Positions 53,839 to 64,000 of a stretch of DNA of 64,000 bases are shown piece after piece. A program made the position numbers and the translations under genes. Under the pieces are notes generated by a model. It had not been told where the DNA came from, made no database searches, and saw only the letters and a list, made by a program, of their open reading frames with translations. The stretch spans positions 21,191-85,190 of the forward strand of contig JAJZFB010000037.1 in assembly GCA_021805545.1 (NCBI GenBank), read 5' to 3'. Position 1 is the first letter of the stretch, and each line of letters starts with the position of its first letter. Source of the stretch: Pseudomonadota bacterium. GTDB taxonomy: Bacteria > Pseudomonadota > Alphaproteobacteria > Acetobacterales > Acetobacteraceae.

Positions 53839-55428
53839 TTGCTCGGGCTGATCATCCGTATCCGTCAGACCAAGTGGGCAGGCTATCTTATTCCGCTTCC
53901 CGCCTGCCTACTGGCCTGGGCCGGGCATTCAGCCCTGGTCCAGGCTGGCGCCGTCAATATTCCCCTGCTGCCATTTTTTACCGCCCTGGTCGTTATTGGC
54001 ATTTTTGGCGGCCTCGGCCCCGGCCTGTTCGCCATCATCATTGCTGGCCTGATGGTGCAGGGAATATTTCCTGGCCTGCCTGCCTTGCTCCCCGTCATTT
54101 CCGGCAATCTCATCACCACCATCGCGGCTAATTGCACGGCGCTGGTTACCCTGGTTTTGGTTGATTACGGCACCACCACCGCCATTAAGCTCGACCATGC
54201 CAGCCGCGCCCTGCGCACCATTAACGAGACTCTGGAAGCGCGCATCCGCGAGCGCAGCACCGCCCTGTTCGAAGCCCAGGAGAATTTACGCCAAGCCCAA
54301 AAAATGGAGTCGGTCGGCCAGCTCACAGGCGGCATCGCGCATGATTTCAACAATCTGCTCACCGGCATCATGGGCAGCCTGGAGCGGCTGGAAACCCGCC
54401 TGCCCCACGCAACACCCGATGAGCTGTCCCGCTATCTCGCCACCGCGCGCGATGCCACGGCCCGCGCCGCCAATCTCACCAACCGGCTGCTCTCCTTCGC
54501 GCGGCGCCAGCCCCTCAACCCCAGTGTAACGGATATCAACGCCCTCATCGCCGGCATGGAGGATTTGATCCGCCGCACCATCAATCCAGGCATCCAGCTC
54601 GAAATCGCGCCCTGTCCCGGCCAATGTGCCACCATGGTGGATGCCAATCAGCTTGAACACGCGCTGCTCAACCTCTGCATCAACGGCTCCGATGCCATGC
54701 CGGGCGGCGGTACGCTGCGTATCGGCTCCGGCAACACCAGCCTCACCGCCACCCAAGCCGGCCAACTCAGCCTAGGTGCGGGCAGTTACGCCACCCTTAC
54801 CGTATCCGATACGGGCACCGGCATGACGCCGGAGGTGTTGTCCCGCGCCTTCGAGCCTTTTTTCACCACCAAGGCGCTGGGCAAAGGCACCGGGCTCGGC
54901 TTGTCCATGATCTATGGCTTCGCCCGCCAATCGGGCGGTCATGCCCATGTCAGCTCCACACCTGGCCAGGGCACGTCAGTCTCGCTTTATCTGCCACGCC
55001 ATCACGGCGCTCTGGCCGCATCCACCGCCGGCGCCGCGCCCGCCGCCGCACCCGCCGCGCTCCTGGGCGAAACCATTCTGCTGGTGGATGACGAGCCAAG
55101 CATCCGCCAGGTGGCAGCAGAGGTGCTGGAGGAGCTGGGCTATACCGTGCACCAGGCTTGCAATGCCGAGGATGCGTTGCAAATTTTGCGCGACACGCCA
55201 TCCATCGGCATGCTGATCGCCGATCTCGGCCTACCAGGCCTCAATGGCGGCGAACTCGCCGAAACCAGCCGCATCATGCGCCCGGCCATGAAAGTGCTGT
55301 TCATCACCGGCTATGGCGACCGGGCCATGCGCAACACCACCCAGCCCCCCCCAAGCCATATGCTGCTGAGCAAGCCCTTCTCCATGTCGGCCCTTGCCAC
55401 CCGGGTGCGCGAGGTTCTCTCCGCCTGA
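53839..55428 (+). CDS. hybrid sensor histidine kinase/response regulator (membrane N-domain + HisKA + HATPase + REC)
   Basis: 529 aa. About 5 N-terminal TM, H-box [16 protein letters not shown] boxes ([25 protein letters not shown]), C-terminal receiver (ILLVDDE...[12 protein letters not shown]...LLSKPF). TTG start in the track. Confidence 0.85.
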   Translation: MLGLIIRIRQTKWAGYLIPLPACLLAWAGHSALVQAGAVNIPLLPFFTALVVIGIFGGLGPGLFAIIIAGLMVQGIFPGLPALLPVISGNLITTIAANCTALVTLVLVDYGTTTAIKLDHASRALRTINETLEARIRERSTALFEAQENLRQAQKMESVGQLTGGIAHDFNNLLTGIMGSLERLETRLPHATPDELSRYLATARDATARAANLTNRLLSFARRQPLNPSVTDINALIAGMEDLIRRTINPGIQLEIAPCPGQCATMVDANQLEHALLNLCINGSDAMPGGGTLRIGSGNTSLTATQAGQLSLGAGSYATLTVSDTGTGMTPEVLSRAFEPFFTTKALGKGTGLGLSMIYGFARQSGGHAHVSSTPGQGTSVSLYLPRHHGALAASTAGAAPAAAPAALLGETILLVDDEPSIRQVAAEVLEELGYTVHQACNAEDALQILRDTPSIGMLIADLGLPGLNGGELAETSRIMRPAMKVLFITGYGDRAMRNTTQPPPSHMLLSKPFSMSALATRVREVLSA

Positions 55429-55473
55429 GTGGTGATACTTGGCGAAAGCCAATCCTGGCTGTAAGCGTCAGCC

Positions 55474-58110
55474 ATGGTCACCAGTAACGATATTCGCGCC
55501 ACCTTCCTCAACTATTTCGGCCGCAACGGCCACCAGATCGTACCTTCGGCCCCCCTGGTGCCGCGCAACGACCCGACTCTGCTTTTCACCAGCGCGGGCA
55601 TGGTGCCGTTCAAAAACCTCTTCACCGGCCAGGAAAAACGCAATTACGTGCGCGCCACCTCGGCGCAAAAATGCGTGCGCGCCGGCGGCAAGCATAACGA
55701 TCTGGACAATGTGGGCTACACCGCCCGGCACCATACGTTCTTCGAGATGCTCGGCAATTTCTCCTTCGGCGACTACTTCAAGGAACAGGCCATCTTCCAC
55801 GCCTGGACCCTGCTGACCAAGGATTTCGGCCTGCCCAAGGAGAAACTGCTCATCACCGTGTACCACACGGATGACGAGGCGGCGGACCTCTGGAAAAAAA
55901 TCGCCGGCATCGGGGATGACAAGATCATCCGCATCCCCACCGACGATAATTTCTGGAAAATGGGCGATACCGGCCCCTGCGGCCCATGCTCGGAAATCTT
56001 CTACGATCACGGCCCCTCCATCCAAGGCGGCCCGCCCGGCACGCCGGATGAAGATGGCGACCGCTTCATCGAAATCTGGAACCTTGTGTTCATGCAGTAC
56101 GAGGAAGGCCCGCCCGGCACGCGCAATCCTCTGCCCCGCCCCAGCATCGACACCGGCATGGGCCTGGAGCGCTTCGCCGCCATCCTGCAAGGCAAGCACG
56201 ACAACTACGACACGGACACACTCCGCGCCCTCATCCTCGCCTCGGCGGAAGAAACTGCCCAAGACCCGGACGGCGCCTTCAAAACCAGCCACCGCGTGGT
56301 AGCGGACCATCTGCGCGCCGCCGCCTTCCTCATGGCCGATGGCGTGCTGCCCTCCAACGAAGGGCGCGGCTATGTGCTCCGCCGCATCATGCGCCGCGCC
56401 ATGCGCCACGCGCACATGATGGGCGCCAAAACCCCGCTCCTGCACCGCCTCGTCCCGGCGCTCACCCGCCAAATGGGCCAGGCCTACACCGAGCTGAGCC
56501 ATGCCGAGGCGCTGATTACCGAAACGCTGGAGCTGGAGGAAAACCGCTTCCGCTCGCTGCTCGACCGCGGCATCTCACTGCTGAAGGACGAATCCCTGAA
56601 CATCGCCAAAGGCGGCGCCCTGCCCGGCGATGTCGCCTTCAAGCTCTACGACACTTACGGCTTCCCGCTCGACCTCACGCAGGACGCGCTGCGCGAAGAG
56701 GGCAAGACCGTGGACGTGGCTGGGTTCGAAGCCGCCATGGCGGCGCAAAAAGCCCGCGCCCGCGCCGCCTGGGCCGGCTCTGGCGAGGCCGCGACCGAAG
56801 CCGTCTGGTTCGAACTGGAACAGCAGCTCGGCCACACGGAATTCCTCGGCTATTCCACTGAAGCCGCCGAGGGTGCCATTACCGCCATTATTGTGGACGG
56901 CCAGCCCGCGCAGGAAGCCCTGCCCGAGCAGACCGTCTATCTGCTGCTCAACCAAACCCCGTTCTATGCCGAATCCGGCGGCCAGGTGGGCGATACCGGT
57001 GTCATCACCGGCCCCGATAATCTGCGCATCCGCATTACCGACACGCAAAAGAAACTCGGCAGCCTGTTCGTGCATACCGGCACGGTGGAGGCAGGCACCG
57101 CCCGCATCGGCCAGCCCGTGCTGGCGGAGGTGGACCATGCCCGCCGTACCGCCATCCGCGCCCACCATTCCGCCACGCATTTGCTGCACGAGGCCCTGCG
57201 CCGCACGCTCGGCGCCCATGTTACGCAAAAAGGCTCGCTCAACGGGCCAGACCGGCTGCGTTTCGACATCGCCCAGCCCCGCCCCATAACAACCGCCGAA
57301 CTGGAAGAGGTGGAGCGCGAGGTAAATGCCCGCATCCGCGAAAACAGTGAGGTGATGACCCGCCTGATGACCCCGGAAGAGGCGGTGAACCACGGCGCCA
57401 TGGCCCTGTTCGGCGAAAAATACGGCGATGAAGTCCGCGTCCTCAGCATGGGCGCGCCCGAGGAGGACAAATCGGGCTGGTCCGTGGAGCTTTGCGGCGG
57501 CACCCATGTGTCGCGCACCGGCGATATCGGCCTGTTCCGCATTGTGTCTGAAGGTGCCGTCTCCGCCGGCATCCGCCGCATCGAGGCTCTGGCGGGTGAG
57601 GCCGCCGTCTCCGCCGTCGAGGATGAATCCCGCCTGCTGGCGGAAGCCGCCGCCACGGTAAAAGCCCCGCCAGCCGAGCTGCCCGCGCGCATCACCCAGC
57701 TCCAGGACGATAAAAAGCGCCTGGAACGTCAGGTGGCCGATTTGCAGAAAAAACTGGTCATGGCCACCGCCACCCAGTTCGAGGATGTGGGCGGCGTGAA
57801 AACCATATTGCGCAATGTGGGCGACATCCCCGCCAAGGAGCTGCGCGCCATCGCCACCGATCTGCTGAAAACCCTTGGCTCGGGCCTCGTTACCCTGGTG
57901 TCCACGGCCGATGATAAGGCCGCCATTGTTGTTGCTGTGTCGGATGATTTATCCGCCAGGCTCGGCGCCGTGGATTTGGTGCGCGCGGCGGCGGCGGCGG
58001 TGGGCGGCCAGGGCGGCGGCGGCAATAAAGCCGTGGCCCAGGCCGGAGGCCCCAATGGCAGCCAGTGGAAAGCCGCGCTCGAAGCCGTGCGCGGAGCGCT
58101 ACAGGCTTAG
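55474..58110 (+). CDS. alaS: alanine--tRNA ligase
   Basis: 878 aa. [28 protein letters not shown], editing-domain HSATHLLH, C-terminal CGGTHV. Confidence 0.95.
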   Translation: MVTSNDIRATFLNYFGRNGHQIVPSAPLVPRNDPTLLFTSAGMVPFKNLFTGQEKRNYVRATSAQKCVRAGGKHNDLDNVGYTARHHTFFEMLGNFSFGDYFKEQAIFHAWTLLTKDFGLPKEKLLITVYHTDDEAADLWKKIAGIGDDKIIRIPTDDNFWKMGDTGPCGPCSEIFYDHGPSIQGGPPGTPDEDGDRFIEIWNLVFMQYEEGPPGTRNPLPRPSIDTGMGLERFAAILQGKHDNYDTDTLRALILASAEETAQDPDGAFKTSHRVVADHLRAAAFLMADGVLPSNEGRGYVLRRIMRRAMRHAHMMGAKTPLLHRLVPALTRQMGQAYTELSHAEALITETLELEENRFRSLLDRGISLLKDESLNIAKGGALPGDVAFKLYDTYGFPLDLTQDALREEGKTVDVAGFEAAMAAQKARARAAWAGSGEAATEAVWFELEQQLGHTEFLGYSTEAAEGAITAIIVDGQPAQEALPEQTVYLLLNQTPFYAESGGQVGDTGVITGPDNLRIRITDTQKKLGSLFVHTGTVEAGTARIGQPVLAEVDHARRTAIRAHHSATHLLHEALRRTLGAHVTQKGSLNGPDRLRFDIAQPRPITTAELEEVEREVNARIRENSEVMTRLMTPEEAVNHGAMALFGEKYGDEVRVLSMGAPEEDKSGWSVELCGGTHVSRTGDIGLFRIVSEGAVSAGIRRIEALAGEAAVSAVEDESRLLAEAAATVKAPPAELPARITQLQDDKKRLERQVADLQKKLVMATATQFEDVGGVKTILRNVGDIPAKELRAIATDLLKTLGSGLVTLVSTADDKAAIVVAVSDDLSARLGAVDLVRAAAAAVGGQGGGGNKAVAQAGGPNGSQWKAALEAVRGALQA

Positions 58111-58160
58111 AACGCGATGATCTGAGATGCGCGCGCTTCGAACGTCTGAAGCGCGCTCTC
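58108..58160. repeat. mosaic repeat locus 6: module B (inverted, internally deleted)
   Basis: TAGAACGCGATGATCTGAGATGCGCGCGCTTCGAACGTCTGAAGCGCGCTCT. The first TAG is the alaS stop codon. It is followed by the shared linker CCTTCATTGAG. Confidence 0.75.
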
Positions 58161-58172
58161 CTTCATTGAGTT

Positions 58173-58218
58173 ATACCAACGGCCATAAAGGATGGCTCAT
58201 CTTTATGGCCGTTGGTAT
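58173..58218. terminator. 18-bp perfect hairpin between convergent genes
   Basis: ATACCAACGGCCATAAAG-GATGGCTCAT-CTTTATGGCCGTTGGTAT. No U-tract on either side. Confidence 0.6.
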
Positions 58219-58280
58219 CGCGCGTGGGGCTGGCGGGGCGGCCACGCGCCAAGCATAAATCTGAGCCAGAAAACCAAACC

Positions 58281-58589
58281 CTACGGTGTGTTTTGGCGGA
58301 TCGCACGCACCATGGACGGCTTGGCGCGCGAGAGATTGGTGATCTCGTACATACTGCCGGAGCGGCATATTTGCAGCTTGTCTTGCGGCAGCCATTGCGT
58401 CACCGCCGTCCGCCCCGCGCCGGGCAGCACCTGGTAAGTCAGCCCCGCGCTAATGCGTAAAAACACGCCGGAACTGTTTTGCATCTTGGCCATGAAACAA
58501 CCGGGGGGTGGCGTCTGGGCCAGGGCCGCTGGCACGCCGCCCGCCACAAGGCAGGCCGCCAGCACTAAGTGTTTCAAGCCAGGCTTCAT
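58281..58589 (-). CDS. hypothetical secreted protein (102 aa)
   Basis: ATG 58589-58587 gives MKPGLKHLVLAACLVAGGVPAALA (signal peptide). No recognisable domain. The upstream part of track ORF 58281..58778 is discounted. Confidence 0.5.
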   Translation of the reverse strand: MKPGLKHLVLAACLVAGGVPAALAQTPPPGCFMAKMQNSSGVFLRISAGLTYQVLPGAGRTAVTQWLPQDKLQICRSGSMYEITNLSRAKPSMVRAIRQNTP

Positions 58590-58849
58590 TATGTTTCTCC
58601 CTATATATTTACATTCAAACAGACCAGCCATTCCGCCGCGCCCAAACTGGCGGGCGCCGCATAAGCATGGCGGTACGCTGCCCCGCCCGCTGGGCCAAGG
58701 GTCGGTTTCATATAATACACAACCGCGCCTGTTACAGCCCAAGCGTATCGCGGAAGATGAAGATGCCAGGCCCGGCAAAAATCACGGCACTCTTCTTGTG
58801 CAAGCCCATCCCCCTTGCGGCACCGCGCAATATGCGCGAAGGCAGGGCC

Positions 58850-59974
58850 ATGGGCACACTCGTAGCGCGCACGCCGCATAAGCGGCCGAAAATCGCAACG
58901 CTGGAGCTGGGCCGCTTCATTGCCGCTTTTTATGTCGTGCTCGCGCATCTGGTGCCAGACGTTAACAGCCGCGCCGCCCCCGGCGCCCTGCAAATCTGGC
59001 ACTGGATCGGCGTAACCGATGGCGCTGTCACGCTTGAATATTTCTTCGCCCTGTCCGGCTTTGTCATGGCCTGCTCACATTGGCAAGATTTTGGCACATT
59101 CGGCGCCCCCTTGCGTTTTTGGTGGAAGCGTATCCGCCGTATTTTCCCGATGTACTGGCTCGGCCTGCTGGTGCCCGTCTATTTCCTGTTCGGTGGGCTG
59201 GAGCCCGGCTATTTTATACGCGTAGCCACCCTGTTACCGGTGAATCTGAACGAACTCATTCCCCCGGCCTGGACGCTGCGGTTCGAGATGGCCTTCTATT
59301 TCATGTTCGGGCTGGGCATGCTGCCTTATGTGGGCAAGCCCATCCTCGCCATCTGGGTTGTGGCCACGCTGTGGCACTGGTGGCCCGCCCATGAGCTTGC
59401 GGCCATGCACCTACAGCAGCCCGCCGCGCTGGCCAAATGGGGCGGCCACGCAGGCCTGCATTTTGTCGATTTTCTTGGCATTTTCTTCTTTTGGGGCATG
59501 GCGGCGGGCTACATATTCGGCCGTTTTACACCTGGGCGGCGCCTTGCTCTGGTGCTCACGCTGGCTGGCGTCACCACCATTGCCGTGCTGCACAAATACA
59601 TCAGTTTCGGCGGCCCGGTACAAACCATCCCCATGTTCGTGCTCATTGGCTTCATCATCGCCACCACCATGCTCGGCTTCGCCTCGCTGGAACAGCACGA
59701 TATGCTACGCCTGCCCCGCATCGCGCTGTGGCTCGGCATAGTTTCTTACCCGCTTTACATCCTGCATGGCTCGCTGCTGATGGTCTTTTGGTATTTCATC
59801 ACCTTCAGCCATCTCAGCTCCGCAGGCGTGGCACTGCTCTTCCTCGGCCTGCTCATCTATCTCTTTACCTTCGCCTCGCTGGCCGCCTTTTTTATCGACC
59901 AGCCATTGCAGCGCTGGATGCGCCGCTGGGGCAAAGCCAAACCGGCAATGCGGGCCGCGCAAAACGCCGCCTAG
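58850..59974 (+). CDS. acyltransferase family 3 (OafA-like) membrane protein
   Basis: ATG 58850 (or 58832) inside track ORF 58508..59974. LELGRFIAAFYVVLAHL, about 10 TM, WTLRFEMAFY motif. Its TAG stop is inside the first CTAG of repeat A1. Confidence 0.75.
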   Translation: MGTLVARTPHKRPKIATLELGRFIAAFYVVLAHLVPDVNSRAAPGALQIWHWIGVTDGAVTLEYFFALSGFVMACSHWQDFGTFGAPLRFWWKRIRRIFPMYWLGLLVPVYFLFGGLEPGYFIRVATLLPVNLNELIPPAWTLRFEMAFYFMFGLGMLPYVGKPILAIWVVATLWHWWPAHELAAMHLQQPAALAKWGGHAGLHFVDFLGIFFFWGMAAGYIFGRFTPGRRLALVLTLAGVTTIAVLHKYISFGGPVQTIPMFVLIGFIIATTMLGFASLEQHDMLRLPRIALWLGIVSYPLYILHGSLLMVFWYFITFSHLSSAGVALLFLGLLIYLFTFASLAAFFIDQPLQRWMRRWGKAKPAMRAAQNAA

Positions 59975-60118
59975 TGTGATGGTTCTGAAATCCAGCGGAT
60001 TTCAGAACCGGGACCCTAGACTCTGACCGGCTTAGGCTGATCTGGTTCTGTTTAGCGAGCAATTTCATTGGTTTGGATGACCCCGGCGATTCAATCCAAA
60101 CCAATGCTCTGGCCTTCC
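59971..60118. repeat. mosaic repeat locus 7: A2/A1 hybrid hairpin (59971-60019) + spacer + module D (60053-60118)
   Basis: CTAGTGTGATGGTTCTGAAATCC-AGC-GGATTTCAGAACCGGGACCCTAG, then TAGCGAGCAATTTCATTGGTTTGGATGACCCCGGCGATTCAATCCAAACCAATGCTCTGGCCTTCC. Confidence 0.85.
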
Positions 60119-60260
60119 TCAAACAAAATAAGCGTCGCAAGAAATTGCCATCGCCCGCACCCCTCTCAAGCTGCTAACAATTAGCCGTCAGGGCAGACAC
60201 AGTCCTGGCATGCCAAAATCTGTCTGGCACTCTGCCCCATTAACCTGCTTTTCCATCACC

Positions 60261-62252
60261 ATGCCCAAGCCGGATGAGCTGCTCTTTGCCGTAAAAACCT
60301 TCGCAGGCGCGATGGCGGCTCTGTATTTTTCGCTCTGGCTGGGGCTGCAAAATCCATATTGGGCCATGGCCACCTCCTTTATCGTGGCGCAGCCTTTCGC
60401 GGGCGCGCTGCGTTCCAAGGCATTATACCGGTTTTGCGGCACGCTGCTGGGCGGCACAGCCGCCGTGGTTTTAGTGCCCAACCTCGTCAATGCCCCAGTG
60501 CTGCTCAGCCTCGCCCTGGCGCTCTGGATCGGGTTCTGCCTCTATATGGCCTTGCTCGACCGTTCTCCTCGTTCCTATACCTTCATGCTGGCCGGCTACA
60601 CAGCCGGAATCATCGGTTTCCCCGCCGTTACGGCGCCCAGCCATATTTTCGATCTCGCCCTCACCCGCGTCGAGGAAATCTCCATCGGCATCGCCTGCAC
60701 CACGGTCACGGGCGTTGTCTTTTTTCCCCGCCCTATCGGCCCAGTTCTGGCGCGGCGGCTCGCAAGCTGGGTGGCCCCGGCGCGTGAATGGGCCATCGCC
60801 GCCCTGGCTGGCGAGGAAGAGAGCGCGGGCGCGGTGGCGGCCCGCCGCCGCCTGGCCTTCGAGGCTACGGACGCGGCCGTGATGATCTCCCTGCTGGGGC
60901 ACGATACCTCGCACCTGCAATCCTCGGTGCGCTTTATCACCCGCCTGCGCATCTATGTTATCAGCCTCATGCCGGTCATCACCTCCATCGGCGACCGCGT
61001 GGCCCAGCTCAAGCGCCTTAACGGCCTCACGCCGGAGCTGAGCGGCGTGCTCGCCAATGTCACCGCCTGGCTGCAGCAAGGCGGCCCGGAAGATCCCGGA
61101 CCATTGCTCGGGCAGATCACCGCCATCGAGCATAAAGTATATGACTGGGCCGGATTGCTGCGCGCCTCGCTCTGCGTGCGGCTGGAAGAGCTGGTGAACA
61201 TCGTCCACCATTCGCGCGCCATACGCCGCCATGTGCTGGACGGTGCCAAAGCGCCTGCTAATCGGGTGATCGAGGCCGAATATATCGCCGAGATGACCGA
61301 GACGCACGACCATAGGCTGGCACTGCTCTCCGCGCTTTCCGCCGCCACGGCGCTGCTGCTGCTCTGCCTGTTCTGGATTGAATCCGCCTGGAGCGCCGGG
61401 GCCGGGGCCGCCGTCATTGCCGCCGTGGGCTGCTCCTTCTTCGCCGCGCAAGACGACCCCGCCCCCGCCATCGCACTGATGCTGCGCAACAGCCTCATCG
61501 TCATCGTTGGCATCGCCATCTACAATTTCGCCATTTTGCCGCGCGTCTATAGCTTCACCGCGCTTTGTATCGTTCTGGCGCCTGCCGGCATCGCCATTGG
61601 CCTGCTGGTTGCCCGCCCCGCCACGTTTGGCACAGGCATGGCGCTGGGGGCTTTCGGTGCCACGCAGCTTTCGCTGGAAAACACATATCAGGCGAATTTC
61701 GCCACTTTCGCCAACGGTTCCGCCGCTCTCATCATCGGGCTTGGCGCGGCGCTCGTCGTCACGCGCCTCATACGCTCGGTGGGCGCGGCCTGGAGCGCCG
61801 AGCGCCTGCAGCAGGCCAACTGGCGCGACGTGGCCGCCGCCGCTGCAGCCACATACGACCGCGCCAGGCTGACCGGGCTGCTGATGGACCGGCTGGGGCT
61901 TATGATGCCGCGCCTGGCCGCCGTGGCCAGCGGGGCGGACGCCGCCGCGGCGGGTGCGCTGCGCGATTTGCGTATAGGGCTGAACATGATCGAGCTGCGC
62001 CGTAATCTGCCCTTACTGCCCCCCGCCGCGCGCCAAGCCAGCGAAGCCGTATTCACCGCACTGGCCGCGCATTACCAGGGCGATGCGCGCGCCCCCGCCC
62101 CGCCCGGGCTTTGCATGGCCATAGACGCCACCATCTTCCCGCTGCTCGCCAACCCGGTGGCGCATAAGCAGGCGCTCATGGTGTTATCGGGCCTGCGAAG
62201 CATTCTCTTCCCCGGGCAGGAACCGCCCGTTTTCAGCAAGGAGGCCGCATGA
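60261..62252 (+). CDS. FUSC/AaeB-family aromatic-acid efflux protein
   Basis: ATG 60261 inside track ORF 60210..62252. FAVKTFAGAMAALYFSLWLGLQNPYWAMATSFIVAQP. Two membrane domains separated by a cytoplasmic region. Confidence 0.8.
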   Translation: MPKPDELLFAVKTFAGAMAALYFSLWLGLQNPYWAMATSFIVAQPFAGALRSKALYRFCGTLLGGTAAVVLVPNLVNAPVLLSLALALWIGFCLYMALLDRSPRSYTFMLAGYTAGIIGFPAVTAPSHIFDLALTRVEEISIGIACTTVTGVVFFPRPIGPVLARRLASWVAPAREWAIAALAGEEESAGAVAARRRLAFEATDAAVMISLLGHDTSHLQSSVRFITRLRIYVISLMPVITSIGDRVAQLKRLNGLTPELSGVLANVTAWLQQGGPEDPGPLLGQITAIEHKVYDWAGLLRASLCVRLEELVNIVHHSRAIRRHVLDGAKAPANRVIEAEYIAEMTETHDHRLALLSALSAATALLLLCLFWIESAWSAGAGAAVIAAVGCSFFAAQDDPAPAIALMLRNSLIVIVGIAIYNFAILPRVYSFTALCIVLAPAGIAIGLLVARPATFGTGMALGAFGATQLSLENTYQANFATFANGSAALIIGLGAALVVTRLIRSVGAAWSAERLQQANWRDVAAAAAATYDRARLTGLLMDRLGLMMPRLAAVASGADAAAAGALRDLRIGLNMIELRRNLPLLPPAARQASEAVFTALAAHYQGDARAPAPPGLCMAIDATIFPLLANPVAHKQALMVLSGLRSILFPGQEPPVFSKEAA

Positions 62253-62455
62253 TCGGCGAGGTTGACCTGTATGGCGTGCTGCTGCCGCCGCTTCTGGTCT
62301 GGGTCATTGTGGCGCTCGGCCTCTCCACCGTGCTGCGCCGTGTTTTAAGCTGGGCCGGGTTCTACCGTTTCGTCTGGCACCGTCCCTTGTTCGATCTCTG
62401 CCTGCTGGTCATTCTCACCGGGCTTGTCAGCCTGGGCGCGACAAGATTTTTCTGA
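62249..62455 (+). CDS. DUF1656 (AaeX-like) small membrane protein
   Basis: 68 aa, two TM (MIGEVDLYGVLLPPLLVWVIVALGL...). ATGA overlap with the upstream gene. Confidence 0.75.
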   Translation: MIGEVDLYGVLLPPLLVWVIVALGLSTVLRRVLSWAGFYRFVWHRPLFDLCLLVILTGLVSLGATRFF

Positions 62456-62463
62456 GGGTCTTC

Positions 62464-63336
62464 ATGAACAACGCCGCCTTTCTCCCGCGCTTTTTCGTCA
62501 CGCTGGCCGCGCTCATCATCGCCGGCATCATCGGCTGGCAGCTCTGGAACTACTATATGCTCGCCCCCTGGACCCGCGATGGCCGCGTGCGCGCCGACGT
62601 GGTGGCCCTGGCCCCGGATGTGAGCGGGCCGGTGGTGAAAGTGTTCGTGCACGATAACGACGTGGTAAAAACTGGTGAGCCGCTCTTCCAGATCGACCCA
62701 TCCCGCTTCACCTTGGCGCTGGCCCAGGCCAAAGCGCAGGAAGCCCGCGCCAAAGCCGCCATGGATGATGCCGAGCACACGGCCCAGCGCTATCAGGCCC
62801 TCTCGGCCAGCGCCGCCTCGGCGCAAACGCGTGAAGGCGCCTCCGCCCAGGCGCGCGAGGCCCAAGCTGAATATGCTCTCGCCGAGGCCAATCTCGGCAT
62901 CGCCCAGCTTAACCTGGACCGCGCCACGATACGCGCCACTGTTAATGGCACCATCACCAATTTTTCCATGCAGCCCGGCGATTATGTGAGCACGGGCACG
63001 CCCGTCATCGCTATCGTCGATACGGATTCACTCTATGTCGATGGCTATTTCGAGGAGACCAAATTGCGCAACATCGCCGTTGGCGACAAAGCCACGGTCA
63101 CCCTCATGCAGGGCGGCCCGGCGCTTACAGGCCGTGTTTCAGGCCTTGCTGCTGGCATCGCCGATAGTGAGCGAATCGGCACCAACGCCACGCTGCTGGC
63201 TGATGTAAACCCCACCTTCACCTGGGTACGTCTGGCGGCCCGCATCCCCGTGCGCATCCAGCTCCGCCATGTGCCGCCTGGCCTGCATCTGGTGGCAGGA
63301 ATGACCGCCACCGTGGCCATCACCCCTTCCAAGTAA
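62464..63336 (+). CDS. HlyD-family membrane fusion protein (AaeA-like)
   Basis: 290 aa. N-terminal TM, VSGPVVKVFVHDNDVVKTGEPLFQIDP lipoyl-like motif, coiled coil, IRATVNGTITN. Confidence 0.8.
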   Translation: MNNAAFLPRFFVTLAALIIAGIIGWQLWNYYMLAPWTRDGRVRADVVALAPDVSGPVVKVFVHDNDVVKTGEPLFQIDPSRFTLALAQAKAQEARAKAAMDDAEHTAQRYQALSASAASAQTREGASAQAREAQAEYALAEANLGIAQLNLDRATIRATVNGTITNFSMQPGDYVSTGTPVIAIVDTDSLYVDGYFEETKLRNIAVGDKATVTLMQGGPALTGRVSGLAAGIADSERIGTNATLLADVNPTFTWVRLAARIPVRIQLRHVPPGLHLVAGMTATVAITPSK

Positions 63337-63379
63337 GGGCTGGATTTCCCTTGCCGCCTGTGCAATACGCCGGACCCAT

Positions 63380-63455
<76 letters not shown>

Positions 63456-63497
63456 TTCCCGTACAAAAACACGAATTTTGGGAGAGGCGCAGGCAGT

Positions 63498-64000
63498 ATG
63501 GAAGCGGGTTCAATGCAGGCCGTGCGCAGCGCGTCGGCGCCAGCGCCAGGTAGCGGCAAAATGGCGCCTCTGGTTGTTTCGCTCTTCTTCGCCTGGGGCT
63601 TCGTCACCGTCCTTAACGACCCTCTGATCGCCAAGCTCAAATCTCTCTTCGCGCTGAATTATGCCGAGGCCATGCTGACGCAGTTCGCCTTCTTCCTTGG
63701 CTATTTCCTCTTCTCCGCACCGGCCGGGGCCATTCTTGGGCGGTTTGGCTATGTGCGTTCCATCGCGCTGGGGCTTGCCATTGCCGCATGCGGCTGCCTG
63801 GCCTTCGCTCCGGCCGCGCGGCTGGCGCTCTATCCGCTCTTTCTTCTGGCTTTGTTCTGCGTGGCATCTGGCCTTACCATCCTGCAGGTCGCGGCCAACC
63901 CCTACATCGCCGCGCTGGGCGCGTCCGCCACCGCGCATAGCCGCCTTACCCTGGCCCAGGCCTTCAATTCATTCGGCACCTTTATTGGCCCCTTCATTGG
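63498..64000 (+). CDS. MFS sugar transporter, glucose/galactose (GluP/FucP) family, N-terminal fragment running off the right edge
   Basis: Not in ORF track (no stop in window). Own translation gives MEAGSMQAVRS...MAPLVVSLFFAWGFVTVLNDPLIAKLKSLFALNYAEAMLTQFAFFLGYFLFSAPAG...ILQVAANPYIAALG, matching the WGF..LND.LI..LK signature. The start could be a downstream ATG. Confidence 0.75.
   Translation, partial: MEAGSMQAVRSASAPAPGSGKMAPLVVSLFFAWGFVTVLNDPLIAKLKSLFALNYAEAMLTQFAFFLGYFLFSAPAGAILGRFGYVRSIALGLAIAACGCLAFAPAARLALYPLFLLALFCVASGLTILQVAANPYIAALGASATAHSRLTLAQAFNSFGTFIGPFI

Overview
High-GC chromosomal segment that looks alphaproteobacterial. Supporting marks: an F0 operon with both b and b-prime subunits, CcrM, a truncated HprK, GAAC-N7-GAAC SOS boxes, and a candidate SAM-II leader on metZ. 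I could not run any database search, so no finer taxon is claimed. I support 69 protein-coding genes and 3 tRNAs (Gly-CCC, Leu-TAA, Thr-CGT). Three of the genes are not in the ORF track: the mnmE and MFS fragments at the two window edges, and a 57-aa Flp pilin. Gene content from left to right: mnmE; M32 carboxypeptidase; aa3 cytochrome c oxidase operon (ctaC-ctaD-ctaB-small ORF-ctaE-SURF1, without ctaG); a quinone oxidoreductase; RidA; a CHAP hydrolase with a His/Tyr repeat; dinB; metZ; a small VOC/SDR/GntR/SDR block next to tRNA-Gly; zur plus a TroABCD-type metal ABC transporter; fixL-fixJ, a single-domain receiver and a FixK-like regulator; hisJQM-like amino-acid ABC genes; atpI-B-E-F2-F; ccrM; hprK-rapZ-EIIA(Man)-HPr-EI; gcdR-gcdH; ackA; pstB-phoU-phoB; an uncharacterised five-gene minus-strand cluster; an O-antigen-ligase/beta-propeller/hydroxylase trio; argG; recA; a hybrid kinase; alaS; an acyltransferase; an AaeB-X-A-like efflux set. 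There is no CRISPR array, transposase, integrase or recognisable defence system. The most unusual signal is non-coding: a dense family of modular, CTAG-bounded palindromic repeats at 8 or more intergenic loci. Their ends coincide with the TAG stop codons of five genes, and one 268-nt composite sits between fixJ and a FixT-like pseudo-receiver. Other supported regulatory sites are a double Pho box, recA SOS boxes, a Zur-box palindrome and several intrinsic terminators. Many long ORFs in the track are antisense shadows typical of GC-rich DNA, and I rejected them.
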